A DNA stretch of 61,677 bases from Thermoplasmata archaeon (GTDB lineage: Archaea > Thermoplasmatota > Thermoplasmata > Lutacidiplasmatales > UBA184), in assembly GCA_021801925.1 (NCBI GenBank), contig JAKABH010000004.1, positions 1 to 61,677 on the forward strand, given 5' to 3'. Under the pieces are notes generated by a model that was given only the letters and a program-made list of their open reading frames with translations, ran no database searches and was not told the origin of the DNA. The position numbers were made by a program, and so were the translations under genes. Numbering within the stretch: position 1 is the first letter of the stretch; every line of letters begins with the position of its first letter. Positions 46,469-56,804 of the stretch are shown piece by piece.

Positions 46469-47104
46469 ATGGTCAGCGCGCTCGAGTTCGTCGTCATCGT
46501 CGTCACCGTCTTCGCCATCGTCGATCCGATCGGCACGCTCCCGTTCTTCGTGGGGCTGACGCAGGGATTCGACCCGGTGGACCGCCAGATCATCCTGCAC
46601 CGCTCCGTCCTCACGCTCGGGGTCGTCCTGACGATCTTCGCCCTGGTCGGCCGCTTCCTCTTCCAGGCGTTCGGCTTCTCCCTCGCCGCCTTCGAGGTCG
46701 CCGGCGGGATCCTCCTCTTCGTCGTCGCCTACGAGATGATCTTCGGGGAGCTCGGCCGGGCGAAGCTCGCCCCGAAGGACCGCGAGGAGGCGATCGCCCA
46801 GCGGGACGAGATCGCGATCGTGCCGCTCGGCGTCCCGCTGCTGGCGGGTCCGGGAGCGATCTCGACCGTGATGATCTACGAGGCGAACGCCGGGAACGAC
46901 CCCGGGGTCATCCTCGCGACGTTCGTCGCGATCGCCGTCACGACCGCGATCGCCTACGCGACGTTCGCCTACGGGCAGGGACTGATGCGCCGGCTCGGCC
47001 GCGTCGGCGTGATGGCGATGACGCGGGTGCTCGGGCTGCTGCTCGCGGCGGTCGGCGTGCAGTTCGTTGCGACGGGGCTCCTCGGGCTGTTCCCGCACCT
47101 GTAG
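46469..47104 (+). CDS. MarC-family integral membrane protein
   Basis: AIVDPIG, VAGGILL, IVPLGVPLLAGPGAI, TRVLGLLLAAVGVQ. Confidence 0.93.
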   Translation: MVSALEFVVIVVTVFAIVDPIGTLPFFVGLTQGFDPVDRQIILHRSVLTLGVVLTIFALVGRFLFQAFGFSLAAFEVAGGILLFVVAYEMIFGELGRAKLAPKDREEAIAQRDEIAIVPLGVPLLAGPGAISTVMIYEANAGNDPGVILATFVAIAVTTAIAYATFAYGQGLMRRLGRVGVMAMTRVLGLLLAAVGVQFVATGLLGLFPHL

Positions 47105-47915
47105 CCCGACGTGGGGGGCCCCGCCGGCGGGCGAGCTTCGATCGCGGGGCGGTCGATCCGCTCCGGCCGGCCGCGCTGCGGGCCCGCCCGGGGGCGGCGG
47201 CGCGGGCCCGCCCGGCTCGTTGGGTCGCCGACCGCTTCGGGGAGGCCGCGCCGGACCGCCGCCGGGCGGACGATGCCGCGGGGCGCCGTCGGGGGGAGGC
47301 GGGCGGAGCCGGCGCGGCGCGCCCGAGTGCCTTCGCCGTCCGGGCCTTGACGAGGCTCGACGGGGTCGCCGGGTTCTCGTCGGCCTGCCACGCCCGCTCC
47401 CCGGCGCGGATCGGTACGGGGAGATCGTTCTCGGCCGGCGGGAAGCCGCACTCGAAGTCGTCCGTATAGGCGCAGTACGGGTTGAACGCGCGGTTGAAAT
47501 CCACGTCGTAGGCGTCCTGCTCGTTGAGCTCGAGGGTCAGGTACCGGCCGGGCCCGTAGCTCTCCCGCCCGCTGGTCGTGTCGCGGAACGGCACGAAGAC
47601 CTGGGCGCCGACGCCTTCCCCCGCGTGGTAGACGCGCAGCGTGAGCTCCCGTCCCTTGAGCTCGAAGACGAGTTCGCCGATGTGGCGCATCACGGACGAC
47701 CCGTCCCGGTTGGTCCGGAGGTAGGCCTCCTGCGGCGTCACCATCCGGACGATGCGGCCGGGCACCCGGTACGCCGGGTCGGGGGGGAAGTAGCGGAGCG
47801 GGTGGAACGGCACCCGGGCCGAGACGAACGGGGATTCGGGGTGGCGGGCCATGAACTCGTCCTTCTGGCGGCGTTCCTCGAGCAGTTCCTCGAGCCAAGG
47901 GTCCGACGGGGCCAT
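46938..47915 (-). CDS. DUF1684-family protein with long basic tail
   Basis: LRYFPPD, VPFRDTTSGRESYGPGRYL, DFNRAFNPYCAY..CGFPPAEN..IRAGE; the tail overlaps marC antisense. Confidence 0.85.
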   Translation of the reverse strand: MAPSDPWLEELLEERRQKDEFMARHPESPFVSARVPFHPLRYFPPDPAYRVPGRIVRMVTPQEAYLRTNRDGSSVMRHIGELVFELKGRELTLRVYHAGEGVGAQVFVPFRDTTSGRESYGPGRYLTLELNEQDAYDVDFNRAFNPYCAYTDDFECGFPPAENDLPVPIRAGERAWQADENPATPSSLVKARTAKALGRAAPAPPASPRRRPAASSARRRSGAASPKRSATQRAGRARAAAPGRARSAAGRSGSTAPRSKLARRRGPPRRATGAGTARGAPSQRTARRPPRAAARAPASSPSRRRGRAGASVPARRRTSRRRSRS

Positions 47916-48048
47916 CGGCGTTCGGAGCCCGGGAGACCCTTAACCCTTCGCCGTCGGGGCGGCGTCACGGGAGCCCGCTCCGGGGCTGGGATCCCCCCTC
48001 CTCGTACGGGCGCCGCGGAACCTGCCGGGCGCGGGATCGGCCGCGGCG

Positions 48049-48426
48049 TCAGGCGTAGCCGAACTGGTGCTTCGCGAAGCTGCTCATCCGATCCGGGGTC
48101 CACGGGGGGTCCCAGATCATCTCGACCTTCGCCCCGTGCACGCCCGCGACCCGCTCGATGGCGCCCTTGATCTCCTCCGCGAGGATCCCCGCGACCGGGC
48201 AGCCCGGGGCGGTGAGCGTCATCTTGAGGGTGACATCGTCGGCCGCCCACTCGAATCCGTAGATCAGGCCGAGATCGACGATATTCATCGGGATCTCGGG
48301 GTCGTAGATCTGCTTGAGGGCCTCCATGATCCGCTGCTCGCGTTCCGCATACGGGCCGGCGGTCGCCGCCACTTCGGCGCCGTTCGCCGGCGCGGCGGGC
48401 GCGGGGGTCGGGGGGGCGTCGGTCAT
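48049..48426 (-). CDS. DUF59 (SufT/MIP18-like) Fe-S assembly factor
   Basis: LKQIYDPEIPMNIVDLGLIY, MTLTAPGCP, WDPPWTPDRMS. Confidence 0.93.
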   Translation of the reverse strand: MTDAPPTPAPAAPANGAEVAATAGPYAEREQRIMEALKQIYDPEIPMNIVDLGLIYGFEWAADDVTLKMTLTAPGCPVAGILAEEIKGAIERVAGVHGAKVEMIWDPPWTPDRMSSFAKHQFGYA

Positions 48427-48529
48427 TGCGTGGGGCAGGGTCCTCCGCGCTATAATGTCGCGCCGCGCGGGTTACCCCGACGCCGCCCGGGCGCAAGTCG
48501 TTTAAGGGGTCCGTCTCGTCTCGCCCGGG

Positions 48530-49438
48530 ATGCGGGATATCCACGCGACGACGCCGCCGGCCGGGACCGTTCCGTTGCGGTCCGTCGGCCTGTCGGGGAT
48601 CCGCAAGCCGCTTTCCGTCCGCCGACCGGACGGGGTCCACGTCCTCGCCGTCACGTTCGCGGTCGCGGTCGACGTCCCGTCGGCGCGCAAGGGCTCGGAT
48701 CTGTCGCGGAACGCGGAGATCCTCGCCGAGATCGTCGACCGCACCGCCGCCGAACCGGCCCCGAGCCTCGAGGCGGCCTGCTCCGAGATCGCCCGGGAGC
48801 TGCTCGTCCGGCACCCGTCGGCGACGGAGGCGACCGCCGTGGCCGAGGCGGAGTATTTTCGGCGGCGCGGCGTATCGACCGCGCGTTCGAGCTTCGAGGA
48901 TTACACCCTCTTCGCCGACGCCCGGGCGGTTCGGCGGCCGGACGGGACGGTCGCCCTGCGCCGGGGGATCGGCGCCGAGGCGGTCGGCATGACGGCCTGC
49001 CCGTGCGCGATGGAGACGTGCCGGGCGGCGCTCGTCGCGGAGCACCCCGAGCTCGGCGCCCCGGCCCTCGCGGACGTGCCGGTGGTCACCCACAACCAGC
49101 GGAACCGCACCCGGCTCGGATTCGAGTTCGACGCCGACGGCTCGGTCGAGGTCGACGACCTCATCGACGCGATCGAGGGGGCGCAGTCGAGTCCCACGTA
49201 CGCGATCCTGAAGCGCGGCGACGAGGGGGGGGTCGTCCTCCGGGCCCACCGCAACCCGAAGTTCGTGGAGGACGTGGTCCGGGATCTGCTCTCGGCGCTG
49301 CCCGCCCGCTTCCCGACGCTCCCCGACTCGACCGAGGTCCGGGCCTCGACGGTGAGCGAGGAGTCGATCCACAAGTACGATGTCGAGGCGTCCCACCGGC
49401 TGACGCTCGGTGAGTTGCGCCGGCCGGGCGGGCCGTAG
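48530..49438 (+). CDS. mptA: GTP cyclohydrolase MptA/FolE2 family
   Basis: RKGSDLSR, GMTACPCA, THNQR, LKRGDE, NPKFVEDVVR, EESIHKYD. Confidence 0.88.
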   Translation: MRDIHATTPPAGTVPLRSVGLSGIRKPLSVRRPDGVHVLAVTFAVAVDVPSARKGSDLSRNAEILAEIVDRTAAEPAPSLEAACSEIARELLVRHPSATEATAVAEAEYFRRRGVSTARSSFEDYTLFADARAVRRPDGTVALRRGIGAEAVGMTACPCAMETCRAALVAEHPELGAPALADVPVVTHNQRNRTRLGFEFDADGSVEVDDLIDAIEGAQSSPTYAILKRGDEGGVVLRAHRNPKFVEDVVRDLLSALPARFPTLPDSTEVRASTVSEESIHKYDVEASHRLTLGELRRPGGP

Positions 49439-49459
49439 CGGGTAGGGACGGTCGGTCGA

Positions 49460-50752
49460 ATGTACGCGCTGGACGCCCTCCGCCGCCGCCCCGGCCGCTC
49501 CGCGACGACCGCGCTCGGCGTCGGCCTCGCCGTCGGCCTGGTCGTGCTCCTCCTCGCGCTGAGCGCGGGGATCCAGACGAGCTCCTCCGAGCTCGCCACC
49601 GCGAGCGGGGTCGACCTGATCGCGGCGAGCGCGAACACGACCCTCACCTCGGGGACACTGCCGCCCGTGACCGACGCCCACTCCCTGGTGAGCCGGATGC
49701 CGGCCGCCGACCCGAACGTCGTCACGGCGAGCCCGTGGCTCGTCAGCGATCTCGTCTTCGGGAACGCGTCGCTCTGGGCCGCCGCGAACCGCTCCGCCGT
49801 CCCGTCCTCCTGGGCGCCGACGGAGTCCGGGTCGGTCGGCTGGATCCCCGACGCCAACGGGGGCCTCGAGACCCCGACCCTCTACAACGGCACCGGGTTT
49901 ACGCTCCCCGGGGACCCGTACTACGACAACGGGACCTACCGCGGGGTGAAGACCGGGGAGATCGAGCTCGACCAGGGGCTCGCCGCCGTCCTCGGCGTCT
50001 CCGTCCACGGCACCGTCTGGGCGGCGGCGACCTCCCCGAGCGGGCCGAGCGGTCTCGCGGCGTGGTACCAGAACGCGACGGCGTTCACCGTCGTCGGGAT
50101 CACCGGACCGTTCTGGCTCGTCCCGTCGGCGCTCCTCTCGTTCCTCTACCTCTCCGAGCTCCAGGCGATCGTCGGCGGCGGTACCCCCGCCACCGACTAC
50201 GCCTCGCTCGTCCTGATCCACCTGCGCGACCCGACGACCGCCTCGACCGACCAGCAGATCCTGACGGCCGCCTTCCCAACGCTCACGATCTTCACCCTCG
50301 GGGACATCCTCGGGGAGATCCAGCACGTCGTGAACCTCTACCGCACCTTCGGCGAGCTCATCGGGATCATCGGGGTCGTCGTCGCCGCCCTCTTCACCAC
50401 CACTGTGCTGCAGATGTCGGTCGACGACCGGAGCCGGGAGCTCGCGCTCCTCCGGGCGATCGGCCATACGCGGCTCTCGATCGGGAGCTTCGTGGTGCAG
50501 GAGGGGTTGCTGCTCGGAGCGTTCGGGCTCGCCGTCGGCGTACCGATCGCCTACGCGGGGGCGGTCGGGATCAACGATTTCCTTCTCCGGCTCCTGCCGG
50601 GGCTGCCCGCCGGCTTCAGCTTCGTCTCGTTCGATGCGGGGGTCCTCGGCACCGGGCTCACCCTCGTGGTCGCGATCGGGCTCGCGGCCGCCATCGCCCC
50701 CGCGGTCCGGGCGATGCAGCTGCCCGTGGCCGAGGAGCTGCGGGCGCCGTGA
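49460..50752 (+). CDS. ABC transporter permease (FtsX/MacB type)
   Basis: N-terminal TM, large extracellular loop, SVDDRSRELALLRAIG, three C-terminal TMs. Confidence 0.88.
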   Translation: MYALDALRRRPGRSATTALGVGLAVGLVVLLLALSAGIQTSSSELATASGVDLIAASANTTLTSGTLPPVTDAHSLVSRMPAADPNVVTASPWLVSDLVFGNASLWAAANRSAVPSSWAPTESGSVGWIPDANGGLETPTLYNGTGFTLPGDPYYDNGTYRGVKTGEIELDQGLAAVLGVSVHGTVWAAATSPSGPSGLAAWYQNATAFTVVGITGPFWLVPSALLSFLYLSELQAIVGGGTPATDYASLVLIHLRDPTTASTDQQILTAAFPTLTIFTLGDILGEIQHVVNLYRTFGELIGIIGVVVAALFTTTVLQMSVDDRSRELALLRAIGHTRLSIGSFVVQEGLLLGAFGLAVGVPIAYAGAVGINDFLLRLLPGLPAGFSFVSFDAGVLGTGLTLVVAIGLAAAIAPAVRAMQLPVAEELRAP

Positions 50753-51996
50753 GGCTCTTCGGGAGCGGCGGCCACCTCCGCCACCAGCGCCTGCAGACCG
50801 TGTTGACGATCGCCGCGATCGCGACCGCCGTCGCGCTCCCCGTCGTCCTCCTGGGGGTCGGCGGGGGCGTCTCGAGCCACGAGCTCTCGAACCTGCAGAA
50901 CGCGGGCTACCAGATCGTGATCAGCGCCGCCGGACTCCACGGCATCGCGAACGCCCATCGACTCACCGGGCAGCTGCTCGCCCTGCCGGAGGTCGCGGCG
51001 GCCTCCCCCGTCCTCAGCATCGCCGTCGACGCCTTCCCACCGGGCAAGGGCGCCGTCCCGTCGCTGGCGGAAGGGGTGATCCCGGATCAGTTCGCGCCGA
51101 CACTGGGACCGACGGAGGACGGCCTGTTCCCCCAGCCGCTCCCCCTCGGCGACCCGACCGATCTCGTCCACTACGACAACGGCACGTATGCGGGGCCCGC
51201 GACGTACGACGTCCTCGTCTCCTCCCCGTTCGCCCAGGCCTACCACCTGGCGGTCGGCTCGACGCTCGGGCTCGCCCCGGTGCCGAACGCGACCGAGGCG
51301 GTCCCCTACTCGGTCACCGGCGTCTTCGGGGTCCCCCTCGGGACCCTCGGGCAGACCGGGGCGTTCGCCCTCCTCCTCCCGCTCTCCGACCTGCAGGTGA
51401 TGACCGGCTACGCCCGCGGCGCCGGCACGCCGGTCGTCGACGCCGCCGACTCGGTCGAGGTGGCGGCCGCCGGCGCGGTGTCGACGGAACCCGGCGCGCT
51501 CGCCGCGCTCCAGCGGCAGATCCAGGCGATGGTGCCGTACTACACGGTCTCGACCCTCTCGCAGCAGGCGGCGCAGCTGCAGACCGCGGCCTCGGTCCTC
51601 ACCGGCTTCTACCTCGCGCTCTCGTCGGTCGGCCTCACCGTCGGCCTCGTCTTCCTCGCGCTCGTGCTCCTCCGCCGGGTCGAGTCGGACCGCCGGTCGA
51701 TCGGGATCCGCCGCGCCCTTGGGCTGCCGCCCCGCGCCGTGGTCGGCCCGGTCGTCGCGGAGGGGCTCGCGATCGCGGCGATCGGCGCCGTCGCGGGCAT
51801 CGTCGGTGGCATCGCGCTCGTCGACGGATTGGCGGCGTGGGGGAGCGGGGCGGTCCAAGAGGCGGCCGATCTGGCGATCTTCGTCCCCGCGACGATGGCG
51901 GAGCTCGCCGGCGCGGTCGTGGTGCTGGCGCTCGTCGCCGGCGGCCTCGCGGCCCGCTCGGCGCTCCGCCTGGATCTGCTGGAGGCGCTGCGATGA
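50749..51996 (+). CDS. ABC transporter permease (FtsX/MacB type)
   Basis: GTGA overlap; RRVESDRRSIGIRRALG; same topology as the upstream permease. Confidence 0.85.
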   Translation: MRLFGSGGHLRHQRLQTVLTIAAIATAVALPVVLLGVGGGVSSHELSNLQNAGYQIVISAAGLHGIANAHRLTGQLLALPEVAAASPVLSIAVDAFPPGKGAVPSLAEGVIPDQFAPTLGPTEDGLFPQPLPLGDPTDLVHYDNGTYAGPATYDVLVSSPFAQAYHLAVGSTLGLAPVPNATEAVPYSVTGVFGVPLGTLGQTGAFALLLPLSDLQVMTGYARGAGTPVVDAADSVEVAAAGAVSTEPGALAALQRQIQAMVPYYTVSTLSQQAAQLQTAASVLTGFYLALSSVGLTVGLVFLALVLLRRVESDRRSIGIRRALGLPPRAVVGPVVAEGLAIAAIGAVAGIVGGIALVDGLAAWGSGAVQEAADLAIFVPATMAELAGAVVVLALVAGGLAARSALRLDLLEALR

Positions 51997-52700
51997 GCGG
52001 CGACGGCCGGCCCCCGCGGATCGAGCTGCGCGGGGTCGAACGGATCTACGATCGGGGGGCGGCCGACGAGGTCCGCGCCCTCCGCGGCATCGATCTCACG
52101 GTGGGACCCGGCGAGACCGTCTCGATCGAGGGTCCGAGCGGCTGCGGCAAGACGTCGCTGCTCAACCTCATCGGACTGCTCGACACCCCGACCCGCGGCG
52201 AGGTCCGGTGGGACGACCGCCCCGTCGGGGAGCGGACCGACCGCGAGCGCGCCCGCCTGCGCCTCGAGCGGGTCGGGTTCATCTTCCAGCGGTTCTACCT
52301 GCTCCCCACGCTGACCGCCCGGGAGAACGTCGAACTGCCGATGCGGGCCCTCGGGCTCGGCCGGGGCGAGCGGAGGGACCGCGCGACGGCGCTCCTAACG
52401 GAGGTCGGCCTCCGCGGCCGCGAGCGGGCGTTCCCGCACCAGCTCTCCGGGGGCGAGGAGCAGCGGGTGGCGGTCGCCCGGGCGCTCGGGAACCGGCCCG
52501 GGCTTTTGCTCGCCGACGAACCGACCGGTGAACTCGACCTCGCGAACACGGAGGCGATCCTGACGCTGCTCGAGAAGGTCCGGGCCGACCGGGGCGCGAG
52601 CCTGCTCGTCGTCACCCACAACCCGTCCGTCGCCCGCCGCGCGCGCCGCCATCTCGCGATCCAGGACGGGCGGATCGTGGGGGACGTGCGGGAGGCCTGA
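51993..52700 (+). CDS. ABC transporter ATP-binding protein (LolD/SalX type)
   Basis: GPSGCGKT, GFIFQ, LSGGEEQRVAVARAL, LADEPTGELD, VTH. Confidence 0.95.
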   Translation: MSGDGRPPRIELRGVERIYDRGAADEVRALRGIDLTVGPGETVSIEGPSGCGKTSLLNLIGLLDTPTRGEVRWDDRPVGERTDRERARLRLERVGFIFQRFYLLPTLTARENVELPMRALGLGRGERRDRATALLTEVGLRGRERAFPHQLSGGEEQRVAVARALGNRPGLLLADEPTGELDLANTEAILTLLEKVRADRGASLLVVTHNPSVARRARRHLAIQDGRIVGDVREA

Positions 52701-52703
52701 CGG

Positions 52704-54485
52704 ATGGCGCGGATCGCCATCCTCCTCCAGGACCGCTGCCACCCGAAGGAGTGCCAGTGGGAATGCCAGGCCTACTGCCCGCCGGTCCGGATGGGCCAGG
52801 AGTGCATCGTCGAGGGCCCGACCGGCCGCCCAGTGATCTCGGAGACGCTCTGCATCGGCTGCGGCATCTGCGTGCACAAGTGCCCGTTCGATGCGATCAA
52901 GATCCTGAACACCCCCCAGGCCCCGGAGTCGGAGATCGTCCACCGCTACGGGTACAACGGGTTCCGGCTCTATCGGCTGCCGATGCCGCCGCCGACCGGG
53001 GTCTCGGGGCTCCTCGGCGCCAACGGGATCGGCAAATCGACGGCGCTCCGCCTGATCGCCGGCCGCGAGGTGCCGAACCTGGGGCAGTACGATCGCCCCG
53101 CGTCGTGGGAGACGGTGCTGGCCCGGTACCGGGGGACGGCGTTCCACGCCCATTTCGAGAAGATCGCGAAGGGGACGTTCCGCACCGCGCTAAAGCCGCA
53201 GTACGTGGACGCGATCTCCGACCTGCCCGGCTCGGCCTACGACTACGTCGCCGCCGGCGGGGGGGATGCCCGGCGGGGCCTGCGCGACGTCGGGCTCGCG
53301 GAGAGCCGGGCGGACCGGCCCCTCTCCGAGCTCTCCGGCGGGGAGCTCCAGCTCACGGCGATCGCCCGGCTCCTCTCGACCGACGCCGACCTCTACCTCA
53401 TCGACGAGCCGTCGAGCTACCTAGACATCGTCCACCGCCTGGACGTCGCCCGGCTGATCCGCCGTCTCGGCGAGACGAAGAGCGTCCTGGTCGTCGAGCA
53501 CGACCTGGCGCTCTTGGACTACATCGCCGACCAGTCGCACCTGCTCTACGGCGCCTCCGCCGCGTTCGGCGTCGTGAGCCATCCGATCCCAATGCGCTCG
53601 GCGATCAACACCTACCTGGGCGGCTACCTCAAGGACGAGAACGTCCGGTTCCGGACGGAGGCGATCCGCTTCGTCGCCCACCCGCCGAAGCCGCGGACGC
53701 GCCAGAACCTCCTCGTGGAGTTCCCCCCGCTCACGAAGGTCTTCCCGCGGTTCACCGTCTCCGTGGGCGCCGGGCAGATCCCGAAGGGCGAGACGGTCGG
53801 CGTCGTCGGCCCGAACGCGACGGGGAAGACGACGTTCGTCCGGATGCTCGCCGGGGTGGAGCCGCCGACCGAGGGGACGCCGCCCGCCGGCGTGACGGTG
53901 AGCTACAAGCCGCAGTACCTCAAGGCGACCCAGCGGGCGAGCCTGCGGGAACGGGCCGAGGCGCTCGCCGCCGATCCGGCGTTCGACGCCCGCCTCCTGG
54001 AGCGGGAGCTCGTGCCCGGGCTCCACCTCGAGGAGACGATGGACGTGCCGCTGCCGGACCTCTCGGGCGGCGAGCTCCAGCGGACGGCGGTCGCGCTCGC
54101 GCTCGCGCGGGTGGCGACCGTCTACCTGCTGGACGAGCCGTCCGCCTACCTCGACGCCGACGAGCGGATCGCCATGGCGCGCCTGCTGCGCCGGCAGATC
54201 GAGCGGCAGGCGGTCGGCGCGCTGGTCGTCGACCACGACGTCTACTTCCTCGACCTCGCCTGCGACGCGCTCATGGTCTTCCGCCCCGAGGGGACCGACG
54301 GCGCGGCGGGCCGCGGGGACGGGCCGTACCCGATGCGCGAGGGGATGAACCGGCTCCTGCGCACCGTCAACGTCACGTTCCGGCGGGACGCCGAGACGCT
54401 CCGCCCCCGCATCAACCGGGAAGGATCGGTGCTCGATCGCGAGCAGCGGGCCCAGGGCGAGTACTACTACGAGCCGGCCGCCTGA
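52704..54485 (+). CDS. Ribosome recycling ATPase ABCE1 (RLI)
   Basis: N-terminal 2x[4Fe-4S] motifs (CHPKEC..CP, CIGCGICVHKCP), two ABC domains, FRRD..RPRIN. Confidence 0.96.
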   Translation: MARIAILLQDRCHPKECQWECQAYCPPVRMGQECIVEGPTGRPVISETLCIGCGICVHKCPFDAIKILNTPQAPESEIVHRYGYNGFRLYRLPMPPPTGVSGLLGANGIGKSTALRLIAGREVPNLGQYDRPASWETVLARYRGTAFHAHFEKIAKGTFRTALKPQYVDAISDLPGSAYDYVAAGGGDARRGLRDVGLAESRADRPLSELSGGELQLTAIARLLSTDADLYLIDEPSSYLDIVHRLDVARLIRRLGETKSVLVVEHDLALLDYIADQSHLLYGASAAFGVVSHPIPMRSAINTYLGGYLKDENVRFRTEAIRFVAHPPKPRTRQNLLVEFPPLTKVFPRFTVSVGAGQIPKGETVGVVGPNATGKTTFVRMLAGVEPPTEGTPPAGVTVSYKPQYLKATQRASLRERAEALAADPAFDARLLERELVPGLHLEETMDVPLPDLSGGELQRTAVALALARVATVYLLDEPSAYLDADERIAMARLLRRQIERQAVGALVVDHDVYFLDLACDALMVFRPEGTDGAAGRGDGPYPMREGMNRLLRTVNVTFRRDAETLRPRINREGSVLDREQRAQGEYYYEPAA

Positions 54486-54707
54486 TGCCGACGGGGGACG
54501 GAGCGGGCCGGGGGCGGGCCCAGCTTCGGTTCGCGGCCCGGTCTCCCATCGGGCGGAATCGGCCGACCGGCGCGCCCCGGCGGCGCCGGGTGCCCGAAGA
54601 AGGGTATGTAGGAGTGGCGCGCTTCCCGGCGACGGGTGGGGGCCGACGGCGGGAACGGGTCCACGGCGCCCGGGACGCGTTGGCGACCGCGCGGGGAGGC
54701 GCGCCGC

Positions 54708-55295
54708 GTGACTCCACCGGGAGCCGACGCCGTCTCCCCGGCCGCGACGATCCCCCCGCGGCTCGACCGCCTCGGCCGCTACCGGGCCCGCGCCGACTTC
54801 TCCTACGGCGTGATCGCGTTCTACCTGCTCCTGCTCCTGCTGATCGGCGTCTTCCTGCAACCCCCGAAGACCGCGCTCTGGGCGGCGCTGCTCCTCGCGA
54901 TCGCCGTGATCGGGTTCCTCGCCCGCTACCTGTCGACGCACTACGTGATCGACGCCGACTACCTCCGGGCGAGCCGGATCCTGGGCGGCCAGAAGGTCCG
55001 GCTCCGGGAGGTGCGTCGCATCGAGTTCGTGAGCCTGCGCGAGCTCAGCGCAACCGGGTTCTGGGGATCGTGGGGATGGCGGGGACGGATGTGGAGCCCG
55101 CGCATCGGGCAGTTCGACTGCATCCACACGACCACGAACGGGATCCTCGTGACGGCCGGGACCCATCCGCTGTTCGTCACGCCCGTCGACCGCGCGGCGT
55201 TCGCCGAGGAGCTCTCCCGACGGGTCCGTTCGCACGGCGCGAAGCTCCTCGCCGACGAAAGCGCGGCCCCGCCGGCCGCCCCCCGACCGTACTGA
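54708..55295 (+). CDS. Membrane protein with bacterial-type PH domain
   Basis: Two N-terminal TMs, STHYVID..L, GWRGRMW, LFVTPVDRAAF. Confidence 0.7.
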   Translation: MTPPGADAVSPAATIPPRLDRLGRYRARADFSYGVIAFYLLLLLLIGVFLQPPKTALWAALLLAIAVIGFLARYLSTHYVIDADYLRASRILGGQKVRLREVRRIEFVSLRELSATGFWGSWGWRGRMWSPRIGQFDCIHTTTNGILVTAGTHPLFVTPVDRAAFAEELSRRVRSHGAKLLADESAAPPAAPRPY

Positions 55296-55352
55296 GTCCG
55301 AGGGCGGAGCCGGGCGGGGCCGATCCGGTCGGTGGGGAACCCGCCCCGCGGA

Positions 55353-56804
55353 TCAGTAGCTCGGCCAGCTCGGATCGACCTCGCGGGCCCAGCCGCGGAG
55401 CCCGTCGCGCAGCGAGCGGACGTTCGTGACGCCGAGCTCCCGCAGCCATCGGGCGGCCTGGGCGGAACGGGCCCCGCTGCTGCAGTAGAGCACGAGGCGC
55501 GGCGCCGACGTGAGCTCGCCGAGCCGCTCCACGAGCGCGGCCCGCGGGATCCGGGTCGCTCCCGGGAGGAGACCGATCTCCCACTCGGGGGGGTCCCGCA
55601 CGTCGACGAGCCGCGGCGGGTCCGGGCCCCCGAGCGCCGCGGCCAGCTCCGTCGCCGAGATCTCGGGGACGTCGTCCGGGAGGGAGTCGCCCGCGGCATC
55701 TTCCCCCCCGCAGAACGCCGCGTAGTCGATGAGTCCCGTTTGCGTCGCCGTGGGGGAGCAGAGGTCGCAGGTGGGGTTGCGCCTAAGGCGGAGCTCCCGG
55801 AACGCCATCGCCTGCGCATCGAACAGCAGGAGCCGGCCGACGAGCGGCTCGCCGATCCCGAGGAGGAGCTTCATCGCCTCTGTCGCCTGGATCACGCCGA
55901 TCAGTCCCGGCAGGACCCCCAATACGCCCGCCTCGGCGCACGACGGCACGAGGTCGGGGGGCGGGGGGGCCGGGTAGAGGCAGCGGTAGCAGGGGCCGCG
56001 GCGGGCATCGAAGACCGTCGCCTGACCCTCGAACCGGTAGACCGAACCGAAGACGTCCGGCTTGCCGAGCAGCACGCAGGCGTCGTTGACGAGGTAGCGG
56101 GTCGGGAAGTTGTCGCTCCCGTCGATCACCACGTCGTACGGACGAAGCGTCTCGAGCGCGTTCTCGGCGGTGAGACGGTCCGGGTGGATCGAGACGTGGA
56201 TCCCGGGGTTCATCGCGCGGAGGCGATCGCGGGCAGCCTCGGGCTTGATCCGGCCGACGTCCGCCTCCGTGTAGAGGACCTGCCGCTGGAGGTTCGACGC
56301 ATCGACGCGGTCGAAATCGACGAGCCCGATCTCCCCGACCCCCGCCGCCGCGAGGTAGAGCGCCGCCGGCGAGCCGAGGCCGCCGGCGCCGACGAGCACG
56401 ACCTTGCCGGCCCGCAGCCGCCGCTGGCCGACCGCGCCGACCTCGGGGAGCAGCAGATGGCGGCTGTACCGCACCAGCTCCTCCCGGCGGAACGACCGTT
56501 CGTCGGTTTCGCCGTCCGGCCGCTCGCTGCCGCCGGCGAGGGCGGGGATCACCTCGAGGACATCCCCGTCCTCTAGGCGGGTCGCACCGCCGTCGGCCTC
56601 GCGCACGTCACGATCGTTGAGGTAGAGGGCGACCGACGACCGCAGCTGCCCGTCGGGGGCGAGGAGCCGGGGGCGAAGTGCGGGATGGCGCTCGGCGAGG
56701 CGCGCCGCCGCGGCCGCCACCGTGTCGGCCTCGATCGGCACCTCGGCGGCGCCCCCGGCGAGCGCGCGGAGCGGCGACGGCAGCCGGAACGTCACGCGGC
56801 TCAC
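55353..56804 (-). CDS. Ubiquitin-like (MoaD/SAMP) - E1 (MoeB/ThiF) - rhodanese fusion protein
   Basis: Beta-grasp domain ending IPALAGG, then RYSRH, GAGGLG, SNLQRQ, DGSDNFPTRY, CYRC, SCAEAG, CDLC, and rhodanese DVR..LYCSSGARS. Confidence 0.93.
   Translation of the reverse strand: MSRVTFRLPSPLRALAGGAAEVPIEADTVAAAAARLAERHPALRPRLLAPDGQLRSSVALYLNDRDVREADGGATRLEDGDVLEVIPALAGGSERPDGETDERSFRREELVRYSRHLLLPEVGAVGQRRLRAGKVVLVGAGGLGSPAALYLAAAGVGEIGLVDFDRVDASNLQRQVLYTEADVGRIKPEAARDRLRAMNPGIHVSIHPDRLTAENALETLRPYDVVIDGSDNFPTRYLVNDACVLLGKPDVFGSVYRFEGQATVFDARRGPCYRCLYPAPPPPDLVPSCAEAGVLGVLPGLIGVIQATEAMKLLLGIGEPLVGRLLLFDAQAMAFRELRLRRNPTCDLCSPTATQTGLIDYAAFCGGEDAAGDSLPDDVPEISATELAAALGGPDPPRLVDVRDPPEWEIGLLPGATRIPRAALVERLGELTSAPRLVLYCSSGARSAQAARWLRELGVTNVRSLRDGLRGWAREVDPSWPSY

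Noticed and set aside
46938-47340. Functional significance of the DUF1684 tail overlapping marC by 167 nt
   Set aside because: It is low-complexity sequence best explained by a late stop at high GC; no motif supports a function.
54467-54664. Possible 65-aa minus-strand ORF or ncRNA in the gap after ABCE1
   Set aside because: No recognisable motif, promoter or RNA family signature; it cannot be supported from sequence alone.
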